A stretch of DNA of 64,000 bases from Negaprion brevirostris (Eukaryota): NCBI GenBank assembly GCA_030324005.1, contig JARDVH010000025.1:99362798-99426797 (forward strand), in the 5' to 3' direction. A program made the position numbers and the translations under genes. The number at the start of each line of letters is the position of its first letter. Positions within the stretch are counted from its first letter, which is position 1. Under the pieces are notes generated by a model. The model was not told where the DNA came from and did not search any database. It was given only the letters and a program-made list of their open reading frames with translations. Shown here piece after piece: positions 37,791 to 51,382 of the stretch.

Positions 37791-38979
37791 CCTCTTCTGA
37801 AGCGGGACTGTGGCCTGTCTCAAGTAGTTATTCAAAATTGGTTATTTACAGTTTGTATGATTTAAAGAAGGTGTGTTACTGAATAGGCACATCTCCTCTG
37901 AGTGCTGCCTGACTGCTGTCCAGAGTCTCCAACACATGGCTGCCAGTATAACAGGTAGATCATCATCTACGTTACTCTATTAATGCATTATAATACAAAA
38001 CACTTGACCCAAATACCATAAGCACTTACACTGTACTTTAATCCAAGGTTCTGAATGGAACACTTCCCATTGTACTTTTAATTTTAATCAATAACTCCTT
38101 CTTCTACATCACATTTTGTTGAGTGTTCCTTCCCTTCTCTTGGAACCAAACCACTGTGTGTTTCAGCTCCCAAGGAATTACTTCAATTATCCTTAGTTTT
38201 CTGGTCTGTCATTTTGACTTCCAGAGCTGCTGTCTGAGGATTTTACTGCCAAGTCCTTACACTGGGCAGATGCGGCAATCTTTAATTTCTTATAACGTTG
38301 TACTTTTCATTCTGAGCATAAGCCCTGCTTGCAATTCCTGTGCATTGTCCCACAGAAGCACCTCTGGTTCTTGAAGGTCCCTCTGCTACATGTCTTGGCT
38401 GCTAATAGATGTTTGTCTCAAACTGCTTCAAGCACACATTGCCTTCCCACAGATTGCTAAATACAGCAAAGGTATAGTAAACAAAAAAAAGCCTTTTCAG
38501 TCCCGATGGCAAGATGATGCACATGATCTGTCTTCAGATAGAAATGTAAATTACTGATCTTCAACTTTAGATCTCCTTTGATCTGAAAAGTATATGCATA
38601 CAATTAAATTTTCCCTTGTTTCCAATGGCCTTCAAACCTTCTCTTCTTTGGGGAAATTACATGAATAATTTAAACATGCATCTATGCCCCCATGGACAGA
38701 CAGTTTCCTGAGGAGATAGTTAACAAGGCTTCCATTATTTAACATTTATACCTCACATCATGGTTTTACTCACATAACATGGTCCTCCCGTTGATCAGTA
38801 ATTAACACAGGCTGCTTACCAGCCCTTCAGACCAGGTACTCTTTCATTTATCCTACACTGTAGAAATTATAATCTCCAAACTAAAAACAGTCTTATAAAT
38901 GTGCATTGTTAAAGAGATGAGTAAAAAACTGGTCCAAAGAAAAAGTATGTGCAATACACATAAACAGTGACTTTTTTCT

Positions 38980-39150
38980 TCTTGAGAAGGCATGTCCCAA
39001 CCATAGACCATGTCTCCACCATAGGCAAGGCAAGGAAGGATGTCCCAAATCCACCCCCGGCTGGAACAGGGATCAAGCTCCATGCTTTTGGCAGCCATCT
39101 GATCCACACTAGCCATCCAGCCAACTGATCCCCCAAGGAGTCCAATTTGC
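38980..39150 (-). mobile_element. Short tRNA-derived SINE with a (GAA) tail
   Basis: Minus strand gatcagttggctggatggctagt...gagcttgatccc head and ggacatgccttctcaagaagaa tail. Confidence 0.45.
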
Positions 39151-40849
39151 TGTGGCAACATCCATTTCTCACATTGATTTTGTAGTCAAGAGCTATGAAT
39201 CGTGGCTCCAATTTTCTTTCCATCATGTGACCGACAGAAACAGCTCCTGCTCTGACCGCATGTCACTGGTGTGTGTTGGAAAGATTTTGCAGGTTGATAC
39301 TCAACCTCTTGGCCACATTACTTTCCTTGGCCATCAAGTCTGGGAATGGGACTTCAGCCTTCTGATTCAGAGGCAAGGATGCCTTGTATAGACTACAACA
39401 TCTTCTAAAATGAATTAGAAAGTTACAAAAGGGAAGAAAATGGATAAGAAAGCAATGAGAATAGAAATAGAATCCATAAACTGCATGAGGGGGATATTTG
39501 ATCCATGGAATCTGCACTGACTTTCCGAAAGAGCATCTTACCTAAGTCCACTTCCACCTCCCCCAGAAGACAAAGGATAAATTTATACTGGGATTTTACC
39601 ACACGATTCTGTTGCGGGCAAAACTAGCAGAATGGCATTCTCTTTTGGACTCGGGTGGGATCTTATGAGCTTCGGGCATACAAGGTGGAAAAATTCCAGC
39701 AATAAAGTGGAATGTGAAAGAAATGGATGATTTTGCCATTTGGTACTTTAACATTTTTGCCACCTGTTTTTGTGCCAGCTTTTCCAATAAAAAATTATTG
39801 ATCATATTTCTCAGCCGTTTTGCTCACCGAAAGCCATCACTGGTATTGTGCAATCTGAACACTGGGTTTGAACAATTCTCTCTCAAGTGCTCTGGGTATG
39901 TTTTTCATCAGCTTATTTTGAAATTCAACTCAAATGTTTCAAACATAGAAAGATTGAAACAAAATACATTTGGCAGGGTGTGTAGATGTTGTTAATTCAG
40001 ATGTGTTGATGCAGAATATTTTTCATATTTNNNNNNNNNNNNNNNNNNNNNNNNNNNNNNNNNNNNNNNNNNNNNNNNNNNNNNNNNNNNNNNNNNNNNN
40101 NNNNNNNNNNNNNNNNNNNNNNNNNNNNNNTCAGCTGTGTTGATGCAGAATCTTTTTCATCTTTCTGCTCAACAGATGAATTGAACTGAAATTTATATAT
40201 TTTTTCAAAGGATGCTGCATCAATGTCTATGTATACTGAGTGTGGGAAAAATGACGGTACTAATTATGCAACCATTGTAGCTTTTGTGTTGTATGAACTT
40301 AAGAAAATTAATTATATGGAGTGGGGAATGAACAAGAGATTGTTTCCATTCATGTTAAAGTTGAATTTTTAAAAAAATGGCAGTTGAACTTCAAAACTAA
40401 CGATCTTCCACTGCTTCTGTTGATATTTGGAAAAGGTCAGTGTTAATGGCTTGCATGTTTGAAATGGAGATTCTAATTTCTAAGACCAGGCAAAGAGAGA
40501 GAGAAATAATTAGAGAGAAGGCAGATACGTGGGCCTTTGCTCACACCTGTTCACTGCTTTAAAAAAAGTTATAGTTTGAAGAAATACAAAATACTCCTTG
40601 AGGGAAACAGTCAGGAAGGGAGTGAATAGTAGGGTCCCAAGAAAGAGAGATGTAAGAGATTAGATTTGAGGAAGCAAGTTTTTGAAAGAGGAGTGAGAAC
40701 AAAATGGAAAAGATTCAGAGCACAGGTTAAAGCAAAGTTAAAATAAAGGAAGGGATTTCTGAGAGGTGGATTGGGGAACACAGTGGTGGACTGATGGAAA
40801 AAGCTGCAAGACCAAAATACATGAATCAATCCTTCATAAAAGGTGCCAG

Positions 40850-43400
40850 AAGTTCAAGGAGTCACTGAGGTTTACAGCATGGAAACGGGCCCTTTGGCCC
40901 AACTTGTCCATGCCACACTTTTTTTTATTTTTAAAACCCCTAAACTAATCCCAATTGCCCGCATTTGGCCCATATCCCTCTATACCCAACGCACCCATGT
41001 AACCATCTGTTGTCTGCCCATCGTCACCGATGAGGAACTCAACACCATTAGTTATTCTGAGGCTGGATGCAGTGTGTCTGAAGATGACTGATCAGGCCAA
41101 TTCAGGCACGGAATGTTTTGGCACATATTGTAACGATCGAAGCTTTTTAAAAGATAAAATTGTAGCAGCCTCTACTGTGACCCATGGCAGCTTGTTCCAG
41201 ACACCACCTCGAAGTGAAAAATTTGCCTCTCTGGACTCTTCTGTATCTCTCCTCTCTCACCTTAAATCTATGCCCTCTAGTTTTAGACTCCCCTACCTTT
41301 GGGAAAAAGATGTTGACTATCTACTTTGCCTATGCCCCTCATTATTTTATAGACATCTATAAGGTCACCCTTCAGCCTCCTATGTTCCAGAGAAAAAAGT
41401 CCCAGTCTATTCAGCCTCTCCTGTTAACTCAATCCATCAAGTCCCAGTAGCATCCTAGTAAATTTTTTCTGCTTTCTTTCCAGTTTAATAATATCCTTTC
41501 TGTAATANNNNNNNNNNNNNNNNNNNNNNNNNNNNNNNNNNNNNNNNNNNNNNNNNNNNNNNNNNNNNNNNNNNNNNNNNNNNNNNNNNNNNNNNNNNNN
41601 NNNNNNNNNNNNNNNNNNNNNNNNNNNNNNNNNNNNNNNNNNNNNAGAAGCCAATTTTGTATCCATTTAGATACCTCACCCTGGATCCCATGAGATTTAA
41701 CCTTATGCAACAACCTACCATGTGGATCTTGTCAAAGGCCTTGCTAAAGTCCATGTAGATAACATCAACTGCACTGCCCTCAACTACCGTCTTGACTACC
41801 CCTTCAAAAAACTCAATCAAATTTGTGAGACATGATTTTCCACTCACAAAGCCATGCTGACTGTCCCTAATCTGTCCTTGCATCTCTAAATGCCTGTAGA
41901 TTCTGTCTCTCAAAATACCTTCCAACAATTTACCTACCACACATGTGAAGCTCACTGGCCTGTAGTTCCCAGGCTTTTCCCTGCAGCTGTTTTTAAACAA
42001 AGGCACAACATTTGCCACTCTCCAACCTTAAGGCACCTCACCTGTGACTATCGATGATTCAAATATCTCGGCTAGGGAACCTGCAATTTCCTCCCGAGCC
42101 TCCCACAACGTCCTGGTATATACCTTGTCAGGTCCCACAGATTTATTTGCCTTGATGCACTTTAAGACTTCCAGCAGCACCTTCTCTGTAATATGTACAC
42201 TCCTCAAGACTTCACTATTTATTTCCCCAAGTTCCCGAACATCAATGCTTTTCTCAACAATGAATACTGATGAGAAATATTCATTTAGGATTCCACCCAT
42301 CTCTTGTGGATCCACACATAGATGACCTTGTTGATCCCTAAGAGGCCCTGTACTCTCCCTTGGTACTCTTTTGCCCTTTATGTATTTGTAGAAGCTCTTT
42401 GGATTTTCCTTTGCCTTATCTGCCTAAACAATTTTATATCCTCTTTTTGCCCTCCTGACTTCTCTTTTAACTCTACTCCTACACCCCTATACTCGTCAAG
42501 AGGATTCACTTGATCTCAACTGCCTATGCATGTCATGTGCTTCTTTCTTCTTCTTGAGCAGGGCCTCAATATCCTGGGTCATCCAGGGTTCCCTACTTCT
42601 TCCAGCCTTGCCTTTCACAGTAAGAGAAAGTTGTTTACCCTGAAACCTGGTTAACACACTTTTAAAAGCATGCCACTTACCAGACGTCCCTTTTCCTTCC
42701 CACAGACTCCTCCAATTCACTTTTGAAAGTTCCCCCCTGGTACCATCAAAATTGGCCTTGCCCCAATTTAGAATTTTAACTTTTGGGACAGACCTATTAT
42801 TCACCACAGCTATCTTAAAAATAATGTAATCATGGTCACTGGTCCCAAAGTGATCCCTCACTAAGACTTCTGTCACCTGCCCTTCCTTATTTGCCAAGAG
42901 GAGATCAAGTTTTGCCCCCTCTCTAGTCAGGCCATCCACGTAATGAATGAGAAATTCCTCCTGAGTACACTCAACAAATTTCTCTCCATTCAACCCTCTA
43001 ATACTATGGCTGTCCCAGTCAATGTTGGGAAAATTAAAATCTCCGACTATTACCGCCCTATTTTTCTTGGAGCTGTCTGTATTTGCTCCTCACTTTCCCG
43101 CTGACTGGGGGCCAAAGGTACAACCCTATCAAAGTGATTTCCCCCTTCTTATTTCTCAGTCCTACCCATATAGACTCAGTGGCCAAACCCTCGGATATAT
43201 CCCCTCTCAGTACGGCCGTGATNNNNNNNNNNAATATCCCAATCCCACATAGCCATCAATGCTCTGAGTTCATCTGCCTTGCCCTTCAGGCCTCTTGCAT
43301 TGAAATAAATGCAGTTTGATCTGGACTTCCCTTGCTCTCTGTCCTGCTTCTGTCTGATCTGTCTGGTACTAGGATTACTGACACTGCCTTTACTAATTAA
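40850..43400 (-). mobile_element. CR1 LINE with APE endonuclease and RT remnants
   Basis: CIYFNARGLKGKADELRA; TREGAKLDLLL...HFGTSDH; ANVVPLFK...PGNYRPVS...QHGFVSGKSCLTNLIEFFE...YMDFSKAFDK. The 3' tail lies at about 40860-40900. Confidence 0.95.
41008..41128 (-). mobile_element. RTE-clade LINE 3' end nested in the CR1, with a 10-bp TSD
   Basis: Minus translation ICAKTFRA*IGLISHLQTH (RTE C-terminal zinc-finger-like motif). The flanks tgtaaccatc (40998-41007) and tgtaacgatc (41129-41138) match. Confidence 0.8.
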
Positions 43401-44417
43401 TACTCTGAGATCAACTCCATTCAGTGTTTTCATTTTGAGCTTATTTAAATTTTGCTAAGATCTCAATGTGACTGATGTTGGATTTATCTGTTTTTCTTAT
43501 ACTTCTCAGTGAACTGGTTTAAGATGCTGCTGCAAATTATATAAATGCAAGTTCTTCCCATTGTTCCAAGTTGGATTTGTACGTAATGAAAGAGAGCATA
43601 TTAACTGTGAATAATGACAGATAATGAAAAAACTTTGATATGGTCGTATCAGGCATTTTATTGCCATCGAATTCTCCACTTTGGCCCCAGCAGCATCTTT
43701 TGATTTTTCCAAAGCCTTTTCTCTGCTGATTTCTTATGATAGTGAAAAGAATTCTGAGTCATTAGATTTGAATAATGTATGGAACAAAATGTTCCTTATC
43801 TCGGCACATACTACAGGATATAATTGCTGCATGAATTCAATTTCAGTGTGTCAGAGTACGGTGACATGGCCACTATATAAAATTAGTATTAGTTCCGGTC
43901 TGCAAGCTGTTCAGGAAGGCATCGCTTGCCATGTAAGCAGAGCCATTTCAAGGGAGCTTCGATCAAATGCCGATTAATATCCATTTCTGCTGTGATGTAG
44001 GATTTGAACATGTCATCAAAACATTCAACGTGTTGCTCGGGTTTGAATGCATTCATGTTTTTTGTTAGGGTAGTATTTCCTCTTGGATGGTCAAAAGAAC
44101 TGTAAGAATNNNNNNNNNNNNNNNNNNNNNNNNNNNNNNNNNNNNNNNNNNNNNNNNNNNNNNNNNNNNNNNNNNNNNNNNNNNNNNNNNNNNNNNNNNN
44201 NNNNNNNNNNNNNNNNNNNNNNNNNNNNNNNNNNNNNNNNNNNNNNNNNNNNNNNNNNNNNNNNNNNNNNNNNNNNNNNNNNNNNNTGTCCCACCCACAT
44301 AGCACTGCCACCGAGGTAAATGTCTTCCATTCTGCTCAAAAACGGACATTTGTCCAGTAAAGCTAAACAAGTGCACACAGATGGGATTCTTGCTTCTCGC
44401 ACAACGTAAACAACAGA

Positions 44418-44450
44418 TTGTTTGTTTGTTTGTTTGTTTGTTTGTTGTTT
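44418..44450. repeat. (TTTG)n microsatellite
   Basis: Read directly. Confidence 0.9.
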
Positions 44451-46689
44451 CACAAATTGCTCTTCGGGTGCTTTGTTGCAATTACTCTGGCACATGAAGT
44501 GAGTGCATCTCTGCACATTTTTCAGGAGTTTTGACCAATGAGAACTCCCCCCCTTGCGACTTCTTAAATGGTGGACCTCATTCTAACGCTTGGGAGTCAG
44601 CCAAGGATGCATTGTTGAGCATAACAATAATAGCAGAACAATTCCCTGTGCAAGCAATTGTAGAGGCATTCAATGGCAACTGTTTGAATATATTTTCTAA
44701 TGCCAGTGCACTTCCGGATGTATAATTTGGCCCAATTTGTCTCCATATTCCTTCTCTTCCCCATTCACAATACCACTACTATGAAATTTAAAGACAGTTG
44801 CACTTTTACATGTGCAGCTGCATAAGTGCATCATGAATATGCACCTTAGAACCCTGCCCCTGTTGCAGGGTGAGCAAAAATGCTGATTGCCGTGTTCTGC
44901 GTTAGGGTTCTGGAATTGGGGCTATAGCGCTGTTTTGGCTACACTGGAGACTCCTCTGTCTTTACAAGAAATCAGGCCAAGGTGTATTTTATTGGCCACC
45001 AAATAGCCACAAGAAGATAGAAATGCAGAAACTTAAATGACTGAGAGATGCGAGAATTTATGGAGCTGTGACCAAGGGAGATTGTAACTGCTCCAATATT
45101 AAATCTATGAGGTGGGAATCGGAAATAGGGAATTTTCTTAGCCTATTGAGCAAGCCTTCATTCTGACAGTGTCTGCCATCATTTTTTCATCCTAAGGGCA
45201 GTCTAGAAATGGGTCCTTCATGTCCTGAAGCAACAACCATAGTGGGTAGATTGGAAGGCCCAGGAACATTGGACAAGTTCCCAACATGCTTATTCTCTGT
45301 CCTGGGCCTTGAACACTCACCCTTAAGCACACAAAATGCCTTCTCCAAATACCCTTCTCGTAATCACAACACAGAGAACCAATGAGTTCATAATTATCAT
45401 CAAAATAATCAAATAAACATTTAGAATCCCCATGTACAAATTGCCTCTCTTACATGCTCATTAAATTGTCAATCAAGCACAGCTGGCGTTACACCCATTG
45501 AAAAATGCTTAATTCTTCTATACCTCTTAATCTTACCCAAATGTCCAAACAGATGCTGAAATACTGCTGAAAAAATATAATTATTAAAAGCTCATAAAAT
45601 TGTCAATAAGACAAAGCTAAAAGACTTCACAGCTGTGTAAACAACCTCTGAAAGAGCTGCACCCATTAGTGGGATTGATGCTCAGCCAAGCATTGAAAAT
45701 ATGATACCTTTATAGATGTGTTAATAAAAGCTGTAAAGCCGAATACATTGAAACCTTTGATGTGGGCTGAATTGTAATCTTTTGGCTCCTAGATGATTGA
45801 CTTATTTTATTAAGATGTTGGTCAAATTTTCAACCCCTTTCAAATGTTTCAACGTATTTTGTTTTAGAACCATTGCTGATAAAGCCATGCAGTGGAATTC
45901 AATCATGATTTTTTGCCAGAGGTCCCAACCACTCTCGGATTCAGTGCTCAAAGGGGAATTTTAGCTTTGTTTTGATCAAAGTTGTTTTTATAAGCTTATA
46001 GTAACTTTATCTATCTTTGAAGTGGTTTTTCAATGCATGTTTGTTTATTTGGACAAGGTAAAGGGGTGTTGGAAGGATTAAGCATGCTTCGTTGGGAGTC
46101 GTAATGATTATTTTATTGACAGCTTTATGAGCTTGCAAGGGGATAATTTTTTAAAGGATTTTTAATGTTTGTTTGCTTATTTTGATCTGCGTGGCACATT
46201 TCAAAGACAAACAAGTTTTATTACAGGGCTTGAGAGTTCTGTTTATAGTTGATACTGCAAGAGTGCTTCAAATCCAGTTACAATCATTGAAGTGGGAAAG
46301 ACTTTTTTTAAAATTTAGTTGTTGAAATGCCCCAAGGACACAATACACTTTCCCGAAGTTTCACAACTTCTCTGTGAGCCACATCTCCTAACAAAATGGG
46401 CCCAACTCTGTGAAAAAAGTGGGGCATCTAAATGACCAACGTTGCCATGGATTTGGGCTCTTGAGCTTTTCCTGGGCCCAGAAAAATTTTACATGCTGGG
46501 AACGAGGGGACAGGAATCCAAGAACTGTCTCCCAGCCAACATTTTTGAGTGTGCCCACCTCTGTTCCAATGTGGATGGAGGCATGAAAATGCAAGCCACA
46601 GAGTACACGTATCAGAAATAGTATTAAATTTCTGTGAAATGACTTGCTCACTCAGCCGGAGTGATGTGTTACATTCTTGCAGAAGAACG

Positions 46690-47125
46690 CACAAAGAAGC
46701 AGAAAAAAATTGCCAAAATGGTACCAGACTGGAGATGCTGGAATTGTTTCCTTTAGAGTAGAAAAAGATAAGGGAGATTTTATAAAATTGTTTCAATTCC
46801 GAAAGGCTTTGACAGAGTAAATAACGAGAAACGGTTGAAGTGGCTAAGCAGTCAATGATGAGAGGAAATCAATTTACTGTGATGGGCAAGATAATTGGAG
46901 CTGAGATGGGGAAAATAATTCTGCACTAATGGTTAATGTTTTGACTGGTGGATACAGATTCAGTAGTAACCTTCAAAAGGGAACTGAATCATTGCTTGAA
47001 GGCAAAAAACAGTGCAATTAAATGAGGAAAGCATGGTGGAAATTGCACTAAATGGATCGCTCTTCAAAAGAGCGTGCACAGTCTCGATGGGCAGCATAGC
47101 CTTTTTCGGCGATGCAATTCTATGA
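46690..47125 (+). mobile_element. Old CR1 3' fragment
   Basis: ctggaattgtttcctttagagtagaaaaagataagggagattttata (LELF.LE..R.RGD). Confidence 0.6.
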
Positions 47126-49198
47126 TTAACAAACAGTGGATAGCCTCAAGGTTGCACTGTATTCTCCTGCGAGGTATCTGGCTGGTACTTCTTTGTAAGG
47201 TGGCTGGCAGACAGTTAAATGACTAGATGTTCATGAGATCTTAACATTGGCCAGATCGACAACCCAGAGTCCCAAGTAGGAAGATTAGTAGGAGATCATC
47301 TTTCCAACCAGTTGTCAAAATCTTTTCTGGATCCCTGCTCAAGTGAAATTCTACACTTTGAGGTTCCTCTTGCCCTTTTCATTGCAGTTATTTTAACTTG
47401 CCTTCCATGTTTCATAAAATGCTCAAAAGTCAGGTCCAACTCTTGAGATTGTTTTCAACTGTTCTAATAGCGAGGTAAGATTCATGGCAGTGAGGCGAAA
47501 TCAATAGGTAACCTTTTTTTTTCAGGCGATCTCCGATTCTGATTAAGGCTGATGTTTATACTAATGTGACAGGGAAATCCAAGCAGAGAGAAACTCACTC
47601 GACATGTTTTGGTTGGTGTGCTGTATTGAGCAGTGTTATAGTTGCCTGCCACACCATTCAGTTTGCAACATTATCGCTAACAGCAGTTCCAGCTTCAGTG
47701 ATAGCACGGGATCACGAAGGAGGTGACACTGCTTCTTCTGGAGGTGCTGAGATTCATCTGAAGAAGTGAGGTTTGTTGCTGCCTCCAAAGCAACATCTCA
47801 AACAAGAAAATCAACAAGGGCTTTGTGCCCTGTTGTAAAAGTGGTTTTGTGTTGGTGGTCTGCACGCAGGTTCTCCAGCTATCTGGTGTGGGGGACAAAG
47901 CACTTTCATTTGATATGCTCAGGATATCCCAACTTGACTCTCAGCCCTTGAGAACATTGTTTAAAAAAATATTTCATGTGATGGAGCTCTCGGAAGATTT
48001 ATTGCCCACCCCAAGTTGCCTTTGTCAGTTAAGAAGCAACCACATTGTTGTGGGTCTGGAGTCACAGACCGGACAAGAGCGACAGATTTCCCTCACGAAA
48101 GGATATCAGTGAATCAGTTGGATTCTTACAGTTTAAGAAAAGGTTGCCATTGCTGTTGTTATGGAGACAAACATGGAAACATTTGACCAAACCAAGGCTG
48201 TGCAATAAACAGTGAGATTGAATCATATAAAAATTGCATTACAGAAGGAGACCATTCAGCCTGTTGTAGCTGTGCTGGCTCTTCGAAGGAGCAGTAGTGC
48301 TATGCATCATCCTTCCACTTTTTGTCCATAATTCCTTAACTTCCTCACCTTGAAGTATCTATAAACTCCTTGGTAAACACAGGATGGAATCAGCTTCCAC
48401 CACTTAATCAGCCGGTCCTCCAGATCCCCTCAACTGTGAATAATAAAAAAAAGCTCTTCTCCATCTTTTCGTCATGATTTTAAATTTATGACCTCCAGTT
48501 ATTGGCCCAATTGATAGACCATTTAATTTGTTTTGCTAGTGTCCTTGTAGGAATGAACTTTAGCCATTTATATTCGAGCTGTGTTCAAAATTCTTTTAAA
48601 TCTACCTTAAACAGGTAGGCAGCAGGGTACAGCATTTCATCCAAAAGTCAGTTCCCCTTGACAATGATGAAATTTGAACATCTGTTATTTGCTTATATCC
48701 TGAATTGGAGTATGAATCCCTATTCTTCTGACTTAGAGATATCTGTGTGACCACCGAGTCATGCTTACAAGAAGACGACATTGGGCATAAACAAGGGGAC
48801 TCATTCTGATTTAATTTACTGGGCAGAGAGCGAATGGATTCAGGTCGAATGTTATGTTTCACGCTCAGTCCAACATTACCCTCCATGTGGAAAGTATAAT
48901 GGGTATAAAACCAAGCTTATACACAATCTTGTCAGTGTCTGATGGGCTTGTTAAAATTCTCTCCAAATAGATTGCATAGGAGCTATTAGTAAGAAACACA
49001 TTAACATGTTGGTATAAAATTTTTATGTGCACTATCTTGATAACATTTCCCAGTTAAAGTGGCAAGGAAACTCCACATTGCTGACATCTTTGGACCTTTT
49101 ATCATAATGTTTCAACAAAGGAATATTATATGACAAGTTAGGGTGGGATAACCCCCCACCCCCGTGGCGTGGTTTGTGTTTTGCAGCTTGCCATTTAC

Positions 49199-49302
49199 TG
49201 CTGGCAGAATTTTTGGGTCCCACAGATTTCTGCAGCATTTTGCAGGTCTCACCCACCCTGCCACTGGGAGATTGCCTTTTTCAGAATCAGAAGATTCTGC
49301 CA
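49199..49302. mobile_element. MITE, about 100 bp
   Basis: TIRs gctggcagaat / attctgccagc. Confidence 0.55.
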
Positions 49303-51087
49303 GCATAAAGGAATGAAACAAATCCCACCGTCAGAACCAGTTACATTTCTGTATTTCTCTAAGTGTCTAATTCAGGTGCAGTACTAAAAGCCTTGAGGTG
49401 ATGTGACAAGAACCTTTTCAAGAGGCAGTTCTGCAATCTGAAAATGCTTTTATCACCAGATAACTGCAGAGGAGAAAGGCTATTTTGTCCAATTTAGTTC
49501 CTCCATCTCAAATGTCCCCCTGGTTGTAACGTCCAATTGTTTCTTAAATGATTCCAAGGTTTTGGATTCCACAATTTTGGGAGTCCACTTCATGATTGAT
49601 CATTCTTTGTGTGGTATACATTCTAATATCAGACCTAAATTCTCTCTTGAATCTGTGTCCTTTCATTCTGCGATCGCAATTTCATTTAACTTTGATCAGT
49701 TTTTCAGATGTTTTTCCTGTACCACTTTTTATGATTTACATCCATAAAATACCTCCTTCTAAGGTTGAAAAATCTAAGATTGACTTATGTGTAACATTAG
49801 GGATCTGCTTCATCATTCCTTAAATGCAAATACATGAGTGTTTTCCTGTGCCTCGGTGAATTGAACTAAATGTTCAATGTAATGATCTGACCAGAATTTC
49901 AAAACAATTTGATCATGATTTTCTCTGACTTACTAACTACTGGGTTGACTTTGTTAATGTTTGGCTGGTCACTGAATTGTAGATATGTGTGATAGTTGAC
50001 ACAAACTAATGACACTGATTGCAGCATTGAAAATCTTGTTACTAGCTGAAAGAATGACATGCGCGATTTCACATTTTATGACTTTTGGTGTAACAAAAGC
50101 CCTTTTGACTCAACAAAATTTTTCTTTTGTACACAAAATATACTTGAAACTAATGGTTCCCAAGCTTTAATATGTCATATCCTCTATATTATAAAATAAA
50201 TTGAGGCACGCCTACTTTTTTCTCTGTCGTCTTCCCTTACTTTAATTTATCCTTGGCCTCTGGCATGTTTTTTAATCTTCCCCTTTCTCTCTTGCACCTC
50301 CGAGGGTTTTGCTCCCTTTTTCAGTTTTTGCTTTTTGTGTGATCGCATGGAACCTTTGTCTTCATCTCCAAGTCCCAGTGGTCATCCGCATAGGCCTGAC
50401 CAGCGTAAAAAAGAACTGAACCGCACATGTACAATTCTTTCCCAGCTAACACACGTGCAGGAGACCCAAAATTCGTCATGTGTTAAAGAATCCAACCGTT
50501 GATCTGAAGGCAAAGGTTAGTTTTAGTTTAACTGCAATAGTTTAATTAATTTTGAATCATTTTAAAGTTGACAGCACCGTGTTTACAGTGACTTCAACGC
50601 CTTTGAGACTTTGGGAAACTCAGGGTCTGCTCACTCTCGGCTCAGAGACGGCTGCCATTGTCTCCAAATGTAAATAATCCCAGCCTTCCTTTGATTTCAA
50701 ATAATCAAGCCACCCAAGCTTATTGTCTAGCAGACTGTAGAACAGGTCCTATGACCCTCTTCATTTACGCTAAATTTAGGGCTGAAGTGCCAAAATATAA
50801 TTTTGTAAGTAATGTAATTGTAACACACTTACTTATACAAAGTGAGTAAATTCTGAAGCTTTACTGACACCACAAAGCCAGATTCCTGTCTTTTAGAAGC
50901 CACTGCAAAATATTCACATCAATCGAATACTGCAAGTGAAGATTTCCGCTCTGGCTCGTTTTGTAGCACTCTCACCTCTGTCAGAATTAAAAGATGAAGA
51001 TGGTTAATAAAAACAGAAAATGCTGGAAATGCTCAGCAGGTCTTGCAGCACGGTTGGAGAGAGCGAAAAACCAAGTTAACATTTCAG

Positions 51088-51281
51088 ATTTGATTTAATT
51101 TATAATTGTCACATGTATTAGTATACAGCGGGAAGTACTGTTTCTTGTGTGCTACACAGACAAAAAAATACCCTTCATAGAGAAGGAAATGAGAGAGTGC
51201 AGAATGTGGTGTTACAGTCATAGCTGGAGTGCAGAGAAAAATCAACTTAATGCAAGGGAGGACTACTCAAAAGTCTGGTGG
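51088..51281 (-). mobile_element. Rex1/Babar-type LINE 3' end
   Basis: (tttga)n tail followed by attgtcacatgtattagtatacag, a pattern recalled for Rex-Babar 3' ends. Confidence 0.55.
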
Positions 51282-51382
51282 NNNNNNNNNNNNNNNNNNN
51301 NNNNNNNNNNNNNNNNNNNNNNNNNNNNNNNNNNNNNNNNNNNNNNNNNNNNNNNNNNNNNNNNNNNNNNNNNNNNNNNNNC

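Noticed and set aside
39997-40165. Direct repeat tcagatgtgttgatgcagaat... on both sides of a 100-N gap
   Set aside because: Most likely overlapping, unmerged contig ends rather than a real duplication.
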